Positions 9,011-18,365 of a stretch of DNA of 64,000 nt are shown one piece after another. The first letter of the stretch is position 1; each line of letters opens with the position of its first letter. The stretch is taken from assembly GCA_028711115.1 (NCBI GenBank), contig JAQTSV010000001.1, positions 454,032 through 518,031 on the forward strand, in the 5' to 3' direction. The translations under genes were made by a program, and so were the position numbers. Source of the stretch: Candidatus Omnitrophota bacterium (GTDB taxonomy: Bacteria > Omnitrophota > Gorgyraeia > Velamenicoccales > JABMQK01). A model generated the notes under the pieces. It saw nothing but the letters and a program-made list of their open reading frames with translations, was not told the DNA's origin and ran no database searches.

Positions 9011-9985
9011 ATGTTCATATTCTATTCATTTAAAATAACCACCGTTGCTATATTGCAGATATTTTTGTTAGGATTGTGCGGCTATGTATTGACTAAGAAA
9101 AATATTATGAGTTTAGAAAATCTTAAATTTATAAGCCGCTTAGTGGTGAATTTATTTCTGCCTTGTTTTATATTTGTGCAATTAATAGAAAATTTTAATT
9201 TTAGAGTTTATGCCAACTGGTGGATTTTTCCTTTACTGAGTTTTGTTGTCACCGCCATGGGATATTTTTGCGGAGTTTTATTTGTAAAGATAGACAAAAA
9301 GCTGGAAAGTTTTAGAAAAGAATTTATCAGCCTTGTGACATTCCAGAATTCCGGTTATCTGCCGTTGATTTTGATGGCGTTTTTATTGCCACCAGGCAGC
9401 AGAGAACAGATGTATATCTATATTTTCTTATTTTTATTGGGTTTTAATCTTATTATATGGTCTGCAGGCGTGTTTTATTTAAGAGAAGAAAGGCAGGAAA
9501 AGTTTGAAATGAGTTCTTTGCTTAATGCACCGGTTATCGCCATAATCAGCGTTTTAGTCTTGATAGCTTTGGGATTGGATAAAATTATCCCCGGATTTCT
9601 GATTAAACCGGCCAAGATGCTCGGCGACTGCACTCTACCTTTAGCCATGCTTGTTGTGGGCGGAAATTTGGCCCAGATCGCTATCAGTGCCAAAGATAAT
9701 TCTAAATATATCCTGAATTTAGTCGCAGCCAAATTGTTGCTTTTGCCTTTGATGGCATTAGGATTAATATTTTTAATCAGACCACCCTATGAAGTAGCAT
9801 TTATTTTTATGCTTCAGAGCACTCTGCCTTCAGCCACATCGCTGGGGGTAATTATGCGCCATTATGACAGAAGCGACAATATCATAAGCCTGGGGATATT
9901 CTGGACACACGTGGTAAGCCTCCTGACTGTGCCTGTTTTCTTGATTGTGTTTAGCGCTTTGAGAGTCCTCATCTATCCATATTGA
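9011..9985 (+). CDS. AEC (auxin-efflux-carrier) family permease
   Basis: 324 aa, about 10 hydrophobic segments, two-halves architecture typical of AEC transporters. Confidence 0.6.
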   Translation: MFIFYSFKITTVAILQIFLLGLCGYVLTKKNIMSLENLKFISRLVVNLFLPCFIFVQLIENFNFRVYANWWIFPLLSFVVTAMGYFCGVLFVKIDKKLESFRKEFISLVTFQNSGYLPLILMAFLLPPGSREQMYIYIFLFLLGFNLIIWSAGVFYLREERQEKFEMSSLLNAPVIAIISVLVLIALGLDKIIPGFLIKPAKMLGDCTLPLAMLVVGGNLAQIAISAKDNSKYILNLVAAKLLLLPLMALGLIFLIRPPYEVAFIFMLQSTLPSATSLGVIMRHYDRSDNIISLGIFWTHVVSLLTVPVFLIVFSALRVLIYPY

Positions 9986-9989
9986 GTTT

Positions 9990-10448
9990 ATGACAGATAC
10001 GACCATCGCCACTAATAGTAAGGCATTTCGTGATTACAGCATATTAGAAACTGTAGAGGCGGGTATTGAACTGAAAGGCAGTGAGGTTAAGTCATTGAGA
10101 GAAAAGAGGGTGAGCCTTAATGATAGTTTCGCCCGTGCGGAAGCAAATGGTATAATATTGTATAACTGCCACATAACAAATTACGATAAGAGAGACGGGT
10201 TTGACAAATCAGAACCTACGCGGCCACGACGGCTTCTTTTGCATAAACAAGAAATAAATAAATTGTCCGGCAAGGTCAACCAAAGAGGATTCAGTTTAAT
10301 CCCTCTGAAGATGTATTTTAACAGGCGTGGCTTTGCCAAGGTAGAATTGGCCCTGGCCAAAGGTAAGAAACTTTACGATAAACGCCGTGACATAAAAGAA
10401 CGCCAGCTCAAACGTGAATTAAGGCGCGCAGTGCGCAGAAAAACATAG
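9990..10448 (+). CDS. smpB: SsrA-binding protein
   Basis: KAFRDYSILETVEAGIELKGSEVKSLR and a basic C-terminal tail; located directly upstream of tmRNA. Confidence 0.9.
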   Translation: MTDTTIATNSKAFRDYSILETVEAGIELKGSEVKSLREKRVSLNDSFARAEANGIILYNCHITNYDKRDGFDKSEPTRPRRLLLHKQEINKLSGKVNQRGFSLIPLKMYFNRRGFAKVELALAKGKKLYDKRRDIKERQLKRELRRAVRRKT

Positions 10449-10489
10449 ATTTTCTTAAGTTCTTTGATATTTGTCTTAATAAATATCTT

Positions 10490-10896
10490 GGGGGTGAAAG
10501 GTTTCGACTCAGGGTAATCGCAGAAGTAGAGCATGTAGAGGTGCAAGGAGGCCTCTTAAAACACCTTGCAAATCACAAACGCAAACGTTAATCGTTTAGC
10601 GGAAGCTTCAGTAGCGACAGGAAGGTTTTTTACTCCTGTCCTTGCTGGGGCACCAGTCGTCTGCCTCCAGTAAGGTAGGCGCAGCTGTTTGCCTTGCCTG
10701 AGGGGTAAATGGTTTTTTAATCAGGATAGTTGCGGAGACTGCCTTTGTCTTCGTGGCGAAACCTTAAAAGGATAGTCTCTTTTTAATCCTGTCTATGGGA
10801 GTATGAAGGGGCGAATTTTAAAAAATAGACTAAACATGTAGTCGCTGCTTTTGGGGTTTCTTGGGGACGTGGGTTCGAATCCCACCACCTCCACCA
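10490..10896 (+). ncRNA. ssrA: tmRNA (SsrA)
   Basis: The 5' GGGGGTG pairs with the 3' CACCTCC-A-CCA, including the G3:U pair (alanine identity). T-arm GTGGGTTCGAATCCCAC. PK1 (GAGG..CCTC / TGCAAGG..CCTTGCA) lies upstream of a GCA resume-codon candidate at 10581. Confidence 0.9.
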
Positions 10897-10957
10897 TTTA
10901 ATTTATATATTAAGATAAGTATTGACAATTAGTTAGGAATTTAATAGACCCAAATAA

Positions 10958-12817
10958 ATGCTTAAGATTCATTCAATTATTATGCCTTTCTTTCGCAGAG
11001 ATGTTCCTCCTTTGGGCGTAGCCTGTCTTTGTGCGTACTTTAAAAAACACAACTTAAAATTAAACTGTACAGACTTTAGATTATATAAGAATGACGTTCA
11101 GACTTTTACTTATCTTGGATATCAGGATAATTTTGTAATAGACATACCTGATTTGCCGCTAATTTTAACTATCATTAAAAATTACCAAAAGAATAAACCG
11201 CTCTTTAATGGTATGGATGAAATAGTTAGAGATTATATCCAGCACAGACCATTGATTTATTTAAAACTAAAACGAGATATTTTAGAAGTGTATAATATTA
11301 TTAATGAACGACTCCCAAAAATTTTAGACAATGATATTATACTTTTCACGACCTATGACACCAACTTTTTCTTTACGATTATGTGTTCATTGCTGTTGCG
11401 TCAGAAAAAACCCCATATAACTATTATCTATGGTGGTCCACAGGTAAGTCAAAGCGAAAATTCAAGAAAGCTTGTCTTGAAATTAGGTTTAGCTGACGTA
11501 GTTGTGATAGGGGAAGGAGAAAAAACTCTTCTGGATATCATAGAATCATATAAGGCCGGTAAATCATTAACCATTAAAGGGACAATGACATACAATAAAA
11601 ACAAAGATATCTTTGTTACGAAAACACATGATATCTTGGACATAAATACTCTTTCCTGCCCAGATTTTTCTTTTTTAAGCCAGAACGGCCCGGTACAAAA
11701 CTATGTCTTGCCTTTATATAGTTCTAGGGGCTGCATATTCAAATGTAATTTTTGTAATGAATGGAATATGTGGTATCCTTTTAGACAACTAAAACCGGAA
11801 AGAGTTGTAGAATGGATGAAGAAGTTAAGTCACGACTATGGAACATTCCGTTTTTATTTTGCAGACAGTCTTTTAAATGCTTCTATGCCTTGGCTTGAGG
11901 AATTCTGTGATAAGATACTTAAATCCAGGCTTGATTTGCAATGGTATGGATATTTTAGATCCAAGATGACTAAGGAGTTAGCCCAAAAACTTAAGAGAAG
12001 TGGCCTTTGTAGAGCATTTATTGGAGCTGAAGCCTTTTCTGAGTCGCTGTTAGAAAGGATGAATAAAAAAAATGCTATCACGCATAACATAGAATCGATT
12101 GAATCCTTCTGTTTTGCCAGTATACCTTTAGAGATAAGCACAGTAGTGGGATTTCCTTATGAAACTAAATCAGATTTTGAGAAATGCTGGGGAATTTATA
12201 GTAATTTAAAGGAAAAATATCCAGATAATATTTTAATAAATATTGAGCCTTTTCAATTAAGGCCGTCTTCTAATGTATTTGAGCGTTTCGGAGATTTTGG
12301 ATTGTCTATTAAGAGATGGGATTCTAAAACTATAAATATGCTACCTGAAATCAGCGAAATAACTTCTCGGATTCCTATGAGCGTTAAGGGTAAGCCCAGA
12401 CCACAAGAAATAATCCGAAGGGCGAATGTTATGACTAATTCATTTTATAGGGATCCATATTCATCTAAATTTTCAATGAGATATCAAAAAGAATTCTTTA
12501 AAAAAATTTTGAAGCATGTAAATTCATCTAATAAAATTGTCTTTATTTCAAACTTTCGTATAGAGCATATTAAAAAACAAATGCCCAGCGGTAAAAAACT
12601 CTTCGTGATTCATTGGGAAGGTGGAAAATATGTGATTGGCGAGGAAGAAAAGATGATATTTGATGAATTTAATAATAGAATTTCCTTATCAGAGATAGCA
12701 GATAATTTATCTAAAAAATTAAATAATAATATAGATAAGAAAAAATGCATAAAGAAAGCCTTACTTCTTTTGAATGATTTGTTAGAAAAGAATTTCTTAT
12801 TCGATATACTTTACTAG
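10958..12817 (+). CDS. class B (B12-binding domain) radical SAM enzyme with C-terminal PqqD-like (RRE) domain
   Basis: N-terminal PPLGVACLCAYFKKH.. B12-domain pattern and GEGEKTL. SSRGCIFKCNFC (CX3CX2C). The C-terminal roughly 90 aa (FVIHWEGGKYVIGEEEKMIFDEFNNRISLSEIADNL...LLLLNDLLEKNFLF) fits the PqqD fold pattern. Confidence 0.7.
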   Translation: MLKIHSIIMPFFRRDVPPLGVACLCAYFKKHNLKLNCTDFRLYKNDVQTFTYLGYQDNFVIDIPDLPLILTIIKNYQKNKPLFNGMDEIVRDYIQHRPLIYLKLKRDILEVYNIINERLPKILDNDIILFTTYDTNFFFTIMCSLLLRQKKPHITIIYGGPQVSQSENSRKLVLKLGLADVVVIGEGEKTLLDIIESYKAGKSLTIKGTMTYNKNKDIFVTKTHDILDINTLSCPDFSFLSQNGPVQNYVLPLYSSRGCIFKCNFCNEWNMWYPFRQLKPERVVEWMKKLSHDYGTFRFYFADSLLNASMPWLEEFCDKILKSRLDLQWYGYFRSKMTKELAQKLKRSGLCRAFIGAEAFSESLLERMNKKNAITHNIESIESFCFASIPLEISTVVGFPYETKSDFEKCWGIYSNLKEKYPDNILINIEPFQLRPSSNVFERFGDFGLSIKRWDSKTINMLPEISEITSRIPMSVKGKPRPQEIIRRANVMTNSFYRDPYSSKFSMRYQKEFFKKILKHVNSSNKIVFISNFRIEHIKKQMPSGKKLFVIHWEGGKYVIGEEEKMIFDEFNNRISLSEIADNLSKKLNNNIDKKKCIKKALLLLNDLLEKNFLFDILY

Positions 12818-12840
12818 GTCATTTTCTAACTGGAGATAAT

Positions 12841-14445
12841 ATGACAATTTTTTTAATCGTCTGCATCGTTAAAATCATCATTTGCGAATGTTTGGTTATG
12901 TTTATTCTTTATCGTTTTATCAACGAGAAAGAAACTGCTCAAAGTGATGTCCGCTATGTTAAGTATCGGAAATCCAAGCTGGTATATTTAATTGTGTTTG
13001 CGATTATTTCGGTATGCAGTTATTATAATTTTGGAATATTCCACGGTAACCAAACCAATAAGAGCCGCTACATTCATTATCCCGAATTTTTCGTTCACTA
13101 TATCGGACCCAAATATTTTAAGGAGCTGGGTTATTTCAATACCTATAACGCAATGGCAGTTGCCGATGCGCAAGGGGAGAATATTCTATCCGATAACCCC
13201 AGCATAATGAATTTAAGGAACTATCATTACATTTCCAAGAAAGAAATTTTAGAAAACGCGGGATATTATAAATCCCTGTTTTCTCCTTTGCGCTGGCAAG
13301 AGTTTAAGTCGGATATCGCATCTTTAAACCGGCAGTGTTCGCCGTGGCAATTTAAAAATGCAGTTGTTGACCACGGTTATAATGCCAGCCCGGTATGGAA
13401 TGCCACCGCATCCATCCTTACAAATATTGTCGGTGCCGACAAAATTATTTATTTGGCGCTTTTAGATATTTTTCTTTTGATATTAATGTTTGTTGTCTTG
13501 GGCTATTCCTTTGGTTTGGAGATAATGCTTGTTGCCTTGATTTTTTTCTCAGTCAATTTTATTTCTTCGTTTTACTGGATAGGAGGGGCGTTTTTGCGTT
13601 ATGATTGGCTGGTGGCTTTGGTGTGCGCTTTATCGATGGTACATAAAAACAAATATACGCTTGCGGGGATATTTTTGTCTTATGCAGCAATGGTAAAGAT
13701 ATTTCCGGTTTTATTTCTTGCAGGCCTGATTGTAAAGGCCGCGTGGAATATAATAGAAAAAAGAAAACTTCCCAAGAAATATATAAAGCTATTTGTTTCG
13801 TTTGCGCTGACTTCTGTTATTCTTTTTGCGTATGGCTCTATTCATGGCAAAGGCATAGCAAACTGGAAAGACTTCACTCAGAAGATAGTCTTTCATAACC
13901 AGACCTTGCTTGCCAATAATGTCGGTTTTAAAATGGTTGCTTTGTATGACCCCAGCTGGTCAGATTATAATAAATTTGAAAAAGCTTATGGCAGTACAAA
14001 AGAAAACCCCTTCATTATGTTAACGGATGTAAAACGGGCTGAGTTAAAACAGAAAAGTAAAGAATTTGTTTTGTTCTCCATGTTTTTCTTGTTTTTATTT
14101 TTCTTGCTGGTTAAGAATAAAGACGATATTGAAGCCTTTGTCTGGGGAATTTTCCTGATATTTATGCTGCTTATGCCGTGCAACTATTATTATTCATTCC
14201 TGTTTATGCTGGCGGTTATTCTTTACAGGCGTAAGGCAGACTTTGCAAATACGCTTTTCTTGGCCGTTCTTTTTCTTATTCAGATAGTTGGGTACGTCAT
14301 ACTTTTAGAAAATAGTTTTTTGCTTAATGTTTTTTACCAGGTATCATTTTTATTATTGGTTTATTTTGTAGGCTTAGTTGCGTTTGAGCTGTATCGGGAA
14401 TTTCACTTGGGTAGGCGCGTAAAACATGGTCTTCTGAAGGTATGA
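12841..14445 (+). CDS. large polytopic membrane protein of unknown function (possibly GT-C-like glycosyltransferase)
   Basis: 534 aa with more than 10 hydrophobic segments and one large early loop (about aa 70-190). It lies 23 nt downstream of the radical SAM gene with a GGAG SD. The family assignment is a guess. Confidence 0.3.
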   Translation: MTIFLIVCIVKIIICECLVMFILYRFINEKETAQSDVRYVKYRKSKLVYLIVFAIISVCSYYNFGIFHGNQTNKSRYIHYPEFFVHYIGPKYFKELGYFNTYNAMAVADAQGENILSDNPSIMNLRNYHYISKKEILENAGYYKSLFSPLRWQEFKSDIASLNRQCSPWQFKNAVVDHGYNASPVWNATASILTNIVGADKIIYLALLDIFLLILMFVVLGYSFGLEIMLVALIFFSVNFISSFYWIGGAFLRYDWLVALVCALSMVHKNKYTLAGIFLSYAAMVKIFPVLFLAGLIVKAAWNIIEKRKLPKKYIKLFVSFALTSVILFAYGSIHGKGIANWKDFTQKIVFHNQTLLANNVGFKMVALYDPSWSDYNKFEKAYGSTKENPFIMLTDVKRAELKQKSKEFVLFSMFFLFLFFLLVKNKDDIEAFVWGIFLIFMLLMPCNYYYSFLFMLAVILYRRKADFANTLFLAVLFLIQIVGYVILLENSFLLNVFYQVSFLLLVYFVGLVAFELYREFHLGRRVKHGLLKV

Positions 14446-14499
14446 TTTTAACCAAATTTGATATCGTAACTATTTGGGATATATAAAGATAAAAATATA

Positions 14500-14526
14500 A
14501 GCGGGGTCGCTTAAAACCCCGCTTTT
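14500..14526 (+). terminator. Rho-independent terminator
   Basis: AGCGGGG / CCCCGCT stem with a 10-nt loop, followed by TTTT. Confidence 0.7.
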
Positions 14527-14596
14527 CAATGGGTAAACGCTTAACGCTTCTAGACTAAGCATAACATACAGAAACAGTATTTTCAAGGCAGGCTCT

Positions 14597-15286
14597 ATGA
14601 ATAATATAATAATCTTGACTACGCTTTTATTCTTTTTCTGTGCGGTAGAAGGTTTTTCTTTGGATTACTCAAAAGAAAAAAACAGGATGATCGAAGAGCA
14701 GATTATTTCCCGCGGAGTAAATGACAAAAACGTTATTTCTGCCATGCAAAAAGTTGAGCGCCATTTGTTTGTGCCGGATAATTTGCGGCAACAGGCATAT
14801 GAAGACGGCCCTCTGCCTATAGGTTACGGCCAGACTATTTCCCAGCCTTATATAGTGGCTTATATGACCGAGGCCCTGGAATTAAAACCGGAAGATATAG
14901 TTTTAGAGATAGGCACCGGCTCAGGATATCAGGCCGCGGTTCTGGCCGAAATTGTTAAACAGGTTTATACTATAGAATTATTAAGGCCATTAGCAGATGG
15001 GGCAAGGGAAAGATTGAAAAAATCAGGTTATAGTAATATCGAAGTTAAGCAGGGCGATGGTTATCTGGGCTGGCCGGAGCATGCGCCGTTTGACAAGATT
15101 ATTGTAACCGCAGCGCCCGAAGACATTCCTATAAAATTGATAGAACAGTTAAAGGTTGGCGGAAAAATGATTCTGCCCGTGGGTTCTTTCTACCAGGAAC
15201 TTTATTTGATTACAAAGACAGACGGCGGGTTTATTAAAAAAATGCTTTTGCCCGTGCGTTTCGTGCCGATGATTAAGGAAAGGTAA
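14597..15286 (+). CDS. pcm: protein-L-isoaspartate O-methyltransferase with N-terminal signal-like segment
   Basis: TISQPYIVA, LEIGTGSGYQAAVLA (SAM motif) and PLxxQLKxGG. The N-terminus NNIIILTTLLFFFCAVEG is hydrophobic. Confidence 0.85.
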   Translation: MNNIIILTTLLFFFCAVEGFSLDYSKEKNRMIEEQIISRGVNDKNVISAMQKVERHLFVPDNLRQQAYEDGPLPIGYGQTISQPYIVAYMTEALELKPEDIVLEIGTGSGYQAAVLAEIVKQVYTIELLRPLADGARERLKKSGYSNIEVKQGDGYLGWPEHAPFDKIIVTAAPEDIPIKLIEQLKVGGKMILPVGSFYQELYLITKTDGGFIKKMLLPVRFVPMIKER

Positions 15287-15290
15287 ATTA

Positions 15291-15623
15291 TTGATGAGTA
15301 TTAATTCTAGGTATATAAAGATTGAGTATTATAGAAGCAGCGGGCCGGGCGGTCAGCATAAAAATAAAAAATTTACCGCAGTAAAGATTATGCATTTGCC
15401 TACTGGCATAACCGCAGTAGCCGCCGAGCAGCGCTCTCAGGCACAAAATCGGGAAATGGCCTTGGAACGCCTCCAGGCAAAAGTCGCAAAGCTGACCAGG
15501 AAAAAGAAAGAAAGAAAACCCACCGCCTTACCACGTTCAGTAAAAGAAAGAATCCTCGAGATTAAGAAGAAGCGCAGTCAAATAAAAAAATTAAGAAGGC
15601 AAGTCAACGAATACGAAGAGTAA
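15291..15623 (+). CDS. arfB: GGQ-domain peptidyl-tRNA hydrolase, ArfB-like ribosome rescue factor
   Basis: SSGPGGQHKNK motif, small size (110 aa) and a Lys/Arg-rich C-terminal tail. The start is more likely the ATG at 15294. Confidence 0.6.
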   Translation: MMSINSRYIKIEYYRSSGPGGQHKNKKFTAVKIMHLPTGITAVAAEQRSQAQNREMALERLQAKVAKLTRKKKERKPTALPRSVKERILEIKKKRSQIKKLRRQVNEYEE

Positions 15624-15647
15624 GCTAAGCCCAAAGGAAACCAAATT

Positions 15648-16073
15648 ATGCTTTTCTATCTAATCCTATTTTTTACTATTATTCCCATAGCCGAAATATA
15701 TGTACTGATTAAAGTCGGCCAGCACATAGGTGCATTGAATACTGTAATGATTGTTGTATTCATTGGGCTTTTGGGAATTATTTTATTCAGATTGGAAGGA
15801 TTAAGAGTTTTGTATGGCGTGCAGAGAGATTTACAGGAAGGCAAAATGCCTGCAGGCAGACTTTTAGATGGGTTGCTGATTCTCGTTGGCGCAATACTTT
15901 TAATCATTCCCGGATTATTAACAGACATAGCCGGTTTTATATTGATTATTCCCTTTACACGCTTCTTTATAAAAATTCTGCTGAGGAAGAAATTGCAGAA
16001 TATGATTGACAAAAAGCAAGGTGTTATTAATGTTAGAAGTTATAGATATGGCGGAGATTATGAAAAGGAATAA
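15648..16073 (+). CDS. fxsA: FxsA family membrane protein
   Basis: The N-terminus IPIAEIYVLIKVGQHIG and LLIIPGLLTDIAGFILIIP are FxsA hallmarks. Confidence 0.8.
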   Translation: MLFYLILFFTIIPIAEIYVLIKVGQHIGALNTVMIVVFIGLLGIILFRLEGLRVLYGVQRDLQEGKMPAGRLLDGLLILVGAILLIIPGLLTDIAGFILIIPFTRFFIKILLRKKLQNMIDKKQGVINVRSYRYGGDYEKE

Positions 16074-16171
16074 AAAGATAATTAAAAAGAGCAAAAAGTG
16101 GAAAAAGAATTTAGAGTTTTGTAAAAAGAAAAAAGTCTGTATAATGTAAAGAATTACCGGAGAATTATCCG

Positions 16172-16894
16172 ATGTTATTGTATGGTAAAAATTCTATTTT
16201 ACAGCGCTTAAAGACAAATCCGCAGAGTATAATCAAGATTTTCTTAGATGATGTTTTTGATGATTCCTACATCCTCGATATCGCCTCAAAGAAAAGGATT
16301 CCTATTATCCGCCTGCGCAGAAATGAATTCTTAAGGCTCAAGCGCGCTGATTGCCTGCAGGGCATTATTGCAGAAGTAAATAAGTTTTCTTATGTGCCGT
16401 TTAGGGAATTATTGGATAAAGGCAAAGAAGAGAACTTATCTTTTGTATTTTTGGATAGCATAAGTGATCCGCAGAATTTAGGTGCAATTATAAGAACCTG
16501 TGCCTGCTTCGGAGGTTTCGCCGTAGTATTGCCGAAACATTATGCCTGCGAGGTTACCGATACGGTTTTGCATGTTGCTTCAGGCGGAGAAAATTTTGTG
16601 CCAGTATCTATGGTGACTAATCTGTCCACAGCTTTAATAGAGGCAAAGGACAGAGGTTATTGGGCAGCAGGTGCTGTGGTTGAGGAAGGGCAGGATTTAA
16701 ATAAAACTGAATTGCCTTTTCCTCTGTGTATTGTCTTGGGCTCTGAAGGCAAAGGGATTCGTCAGGGTCTTCAGAATCAGCTCGATTTAAGAATCAGCCT
16801 GCCCATGATTGGCGCATCTCTTTCTTTTAATGTATCGATTGCCTGCGCTATCTTTTGTTATGAAATAATTAAACAAAAATCCGAAAAATCATAA
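16172..16894 (+). CDS. rlmB: TrmH/SpoU-family rRNA 2'-O-methyltransferase (RlmB-like)
   Basis: LDSISDPQNLGAIIRT, IVLGSEGKGIR and SLSFNVS motifs; 240 aa. Confidence 0.7.
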   Translation: MLLYGKNSILQRLKTNPQSIIKIFLDDVFDDSYILDIASKKRIPIIRLRRNEFLRLKRADCLQGIIAEVNKFSYVPFRELLDKGKEENLSFVFLDSISDPQNLGAIIRTCACFGGFAVVLPKHYACEVTDTVLHVASGGENFVPVSMVTNLSTALIEAKDRGYWAAGAVVEEGQDLNKTELPFPLCIVLGSEGKGIRQGLQNQLDLRISLPMIGASLSFNVSIACAIFCYEIIKQKSEKS

Positions 16895-16913
16895 TGTTAA
16901 ATAGTGAGGAGTT

Positions 16914-17495
16914 TTGAGACAAACAGAAAAACAGATTTTGGATTTTATTTGCGAAGCTGGTATTCTGAAAAGAATCAAACGCTCTGGCTGGTGGGTTTTG
17001 GGCATAAAGGATGCAGAGAGCGTCGCAGAACACAGCTTTAGATGCGCTGTCATCGGCTATGCGATTTCCAAGATGGAGAGAATTTCTCCCTATAAAGTTT
17101 TAATGATGTGTCTTTTTGGCGATATACACGAAGCGCGCATTAATGATTTACACAAGATGGCACAACGTTATGTTGATTTTGATAAAGCAGAAGATAAGGC
17201 ATTCGGCGAACAAATTAAATCTTTACCCAAAGCGATTAAAGGTGAATTAACCTATTTATACAAAGAATATAAAATGCAGAAAACCAAAGAAGGTATTGTT
17301 GCCAGAGACGCCGATATTTTAGAATGTTTAATCCAGGCAAGAGAATACCAGGAGCACGGATTTAAACTCGCATCGAAATTTATGAAGAAGGCCCCGCAGT
17401 GCCTTAAGACAAAAAGCGCACGCAGATTATGGCAATTAGCCAAAGCTACAGAGCTTAGTGCCTGGTGGGAGAAGCTGAGCGACTTCAGGCGCTGA
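16914..17495 (+). CDS. HD-domain phosphohydrolase (YfbR-like 5'-nucleotidase family)
   Basis: LKRIKRSGWW..ESVAEHSF and GDIHEARINDL motifs; TTG start. Confidence 0.65.
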   Translation: MRQTEKQILDFICEAGILKRIKRSGWWVLGIKDAESVAEHSFRCAVIGYAISKMERISPYKVLMMCLFGDIHEARINDLHKMAQRYVDFDKAEDKAFGEQIKSLPKAIKGELTYLYKEYKMQKTKEGIVARDADILECLIQAREYQEHGFKLASKFMKKAPQCLKTKSARRLWQLAKATELSAWWEKLSDFRR

Positions 17496-17638
17496 AATTT
17501 GCAGGCGTTTAAAAACGCGGTATATGTCCGATATATTAAAATAAAAGTTTTTTATTTGTGTTTTTTTGATTTAGAGATATAATAACAAAGCAACTTCTGC
17601 GTGTGGGTTTAAAATTATAAAACAAAAAGGAGGTTGGT

Positions 17639-18043
17639 ATGGCAAAGGCTATTTTGGCAAAAGAGTTAATGGTGGATACAGATAACAAGATAGGGATGCT
17701 GGCAGATATTTCTTCTCTCATAACAGATGCCGGAGTTAACATCACGGCGATTTGTGCTTATGCTGTGGCAGATAAAGCAATTTTCAGGATTATAACCAGC
17801 GACAACAATAAAGCTAAGAGCGCTTTGGCTCAAAAAGGATTTAAAGTAAGAGAAAATGACGTTGTGACCGTTATGTTAGCTGATAAAGCAGGCCAGGCAA
17901 AAATGGTTGCCGATAAAATAAAGAAGGCTGGTATTAATTTGGATTCTTTGTACGGTACGACTTGCGGCTGTAAGGATATGGAGGCACTTTTAGTTATAGG
18001 TTCAAAAGAAAGCGCAAAAGTAATTTCCGCAATCAACAGTTAA
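17639..18043 (+). CDS. ACT-domain protein (tandem ACT-like)
   Basis: 134 aa with two repeats of the pattern (D)K(I/A)G(M/Q)LA(D/K)I...AG(V/I)NI; strong SD AAAGGAGG. Confidence 0.6.
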   Translation: MAKAILAKELMVDTDNKIGMLADISSLITDAGVNITAICAYAVADKAIFRIITSDNNKAKSALAQKGFKVRENDVVTVMLADKAGQAKMVADKIKKAGINLDSLYGTTCGCKDMEALLVIGSKESAKVISAINS

Positions 18044-18086
18044 TTTTTAAGCAGTACTGTTTAATCTTGCTACATTCGGAGGATTT

Positions 18087-18320
18087 ATGATTAAGACGGT
18101 GAAGGTGTTTGAGAAAAATAAATTTCAGGAAATCAGAGTCGGAGTCAGCGAATACGAAGGCAATGACCTGATAGATATACGCACGTGGTCTCTGCCTAAG
18201 GGCGCAGAGGAAAAAGTCCCCACTTCCAAAGGCGTATCCATAAATGTAAAACTGTATCCGCAGCTTAAGGAAGCAATACTTGCGCTGGAACCAGAGCTTA
18301 AAGAGAACAATTTACTATAG
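18087..18320 (+). CDS. small PC4/YdbC-like ssDNA-binding fold protein (tentative)
   Basis: 77 aa. The pattern FQEIRVGVSEYEGNDLIDIRTW...KGVSINV resembles bacterial PC4-like proteins. Confidence 0.4.
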   Translation: MIKTVKVFEKNKFQEIRVGVSEYEGNDLIDIRTWSLPKGAEEKVPTSKGVSINVKLYPQLKEAILALEPELKENNLL

Positions 18321-18365
18321 CCGCTGTTTTAGAAACGATTTATTTATGTGCGAATTTCATGTTCA

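Noticed and set aside
14446-14596. I looked for a direct repeat of the tmRNA 3' end (attL/attR-type) that would bound the AT-rich module as an integrated island.
   Set aside because: No copy of GGTTCGAATCCCACCACCTCCACCA or a recognisable fragment is visible there, and no integrase gene is present. An island origin therefore remains only a compositional inference.
16062-16151. 29-codon Lys-rich ORF (MKRNKKIIKKSKKWKKNLEFCKKKKVCIM) overlapping the fxsA stop.
   Set aside because: It is an A-rich intergenic/promoter tract (TTGTAA-15-TATAAT for rlmB) with no SD, so the Lys-run is what poly-A-rich DNA translates to.
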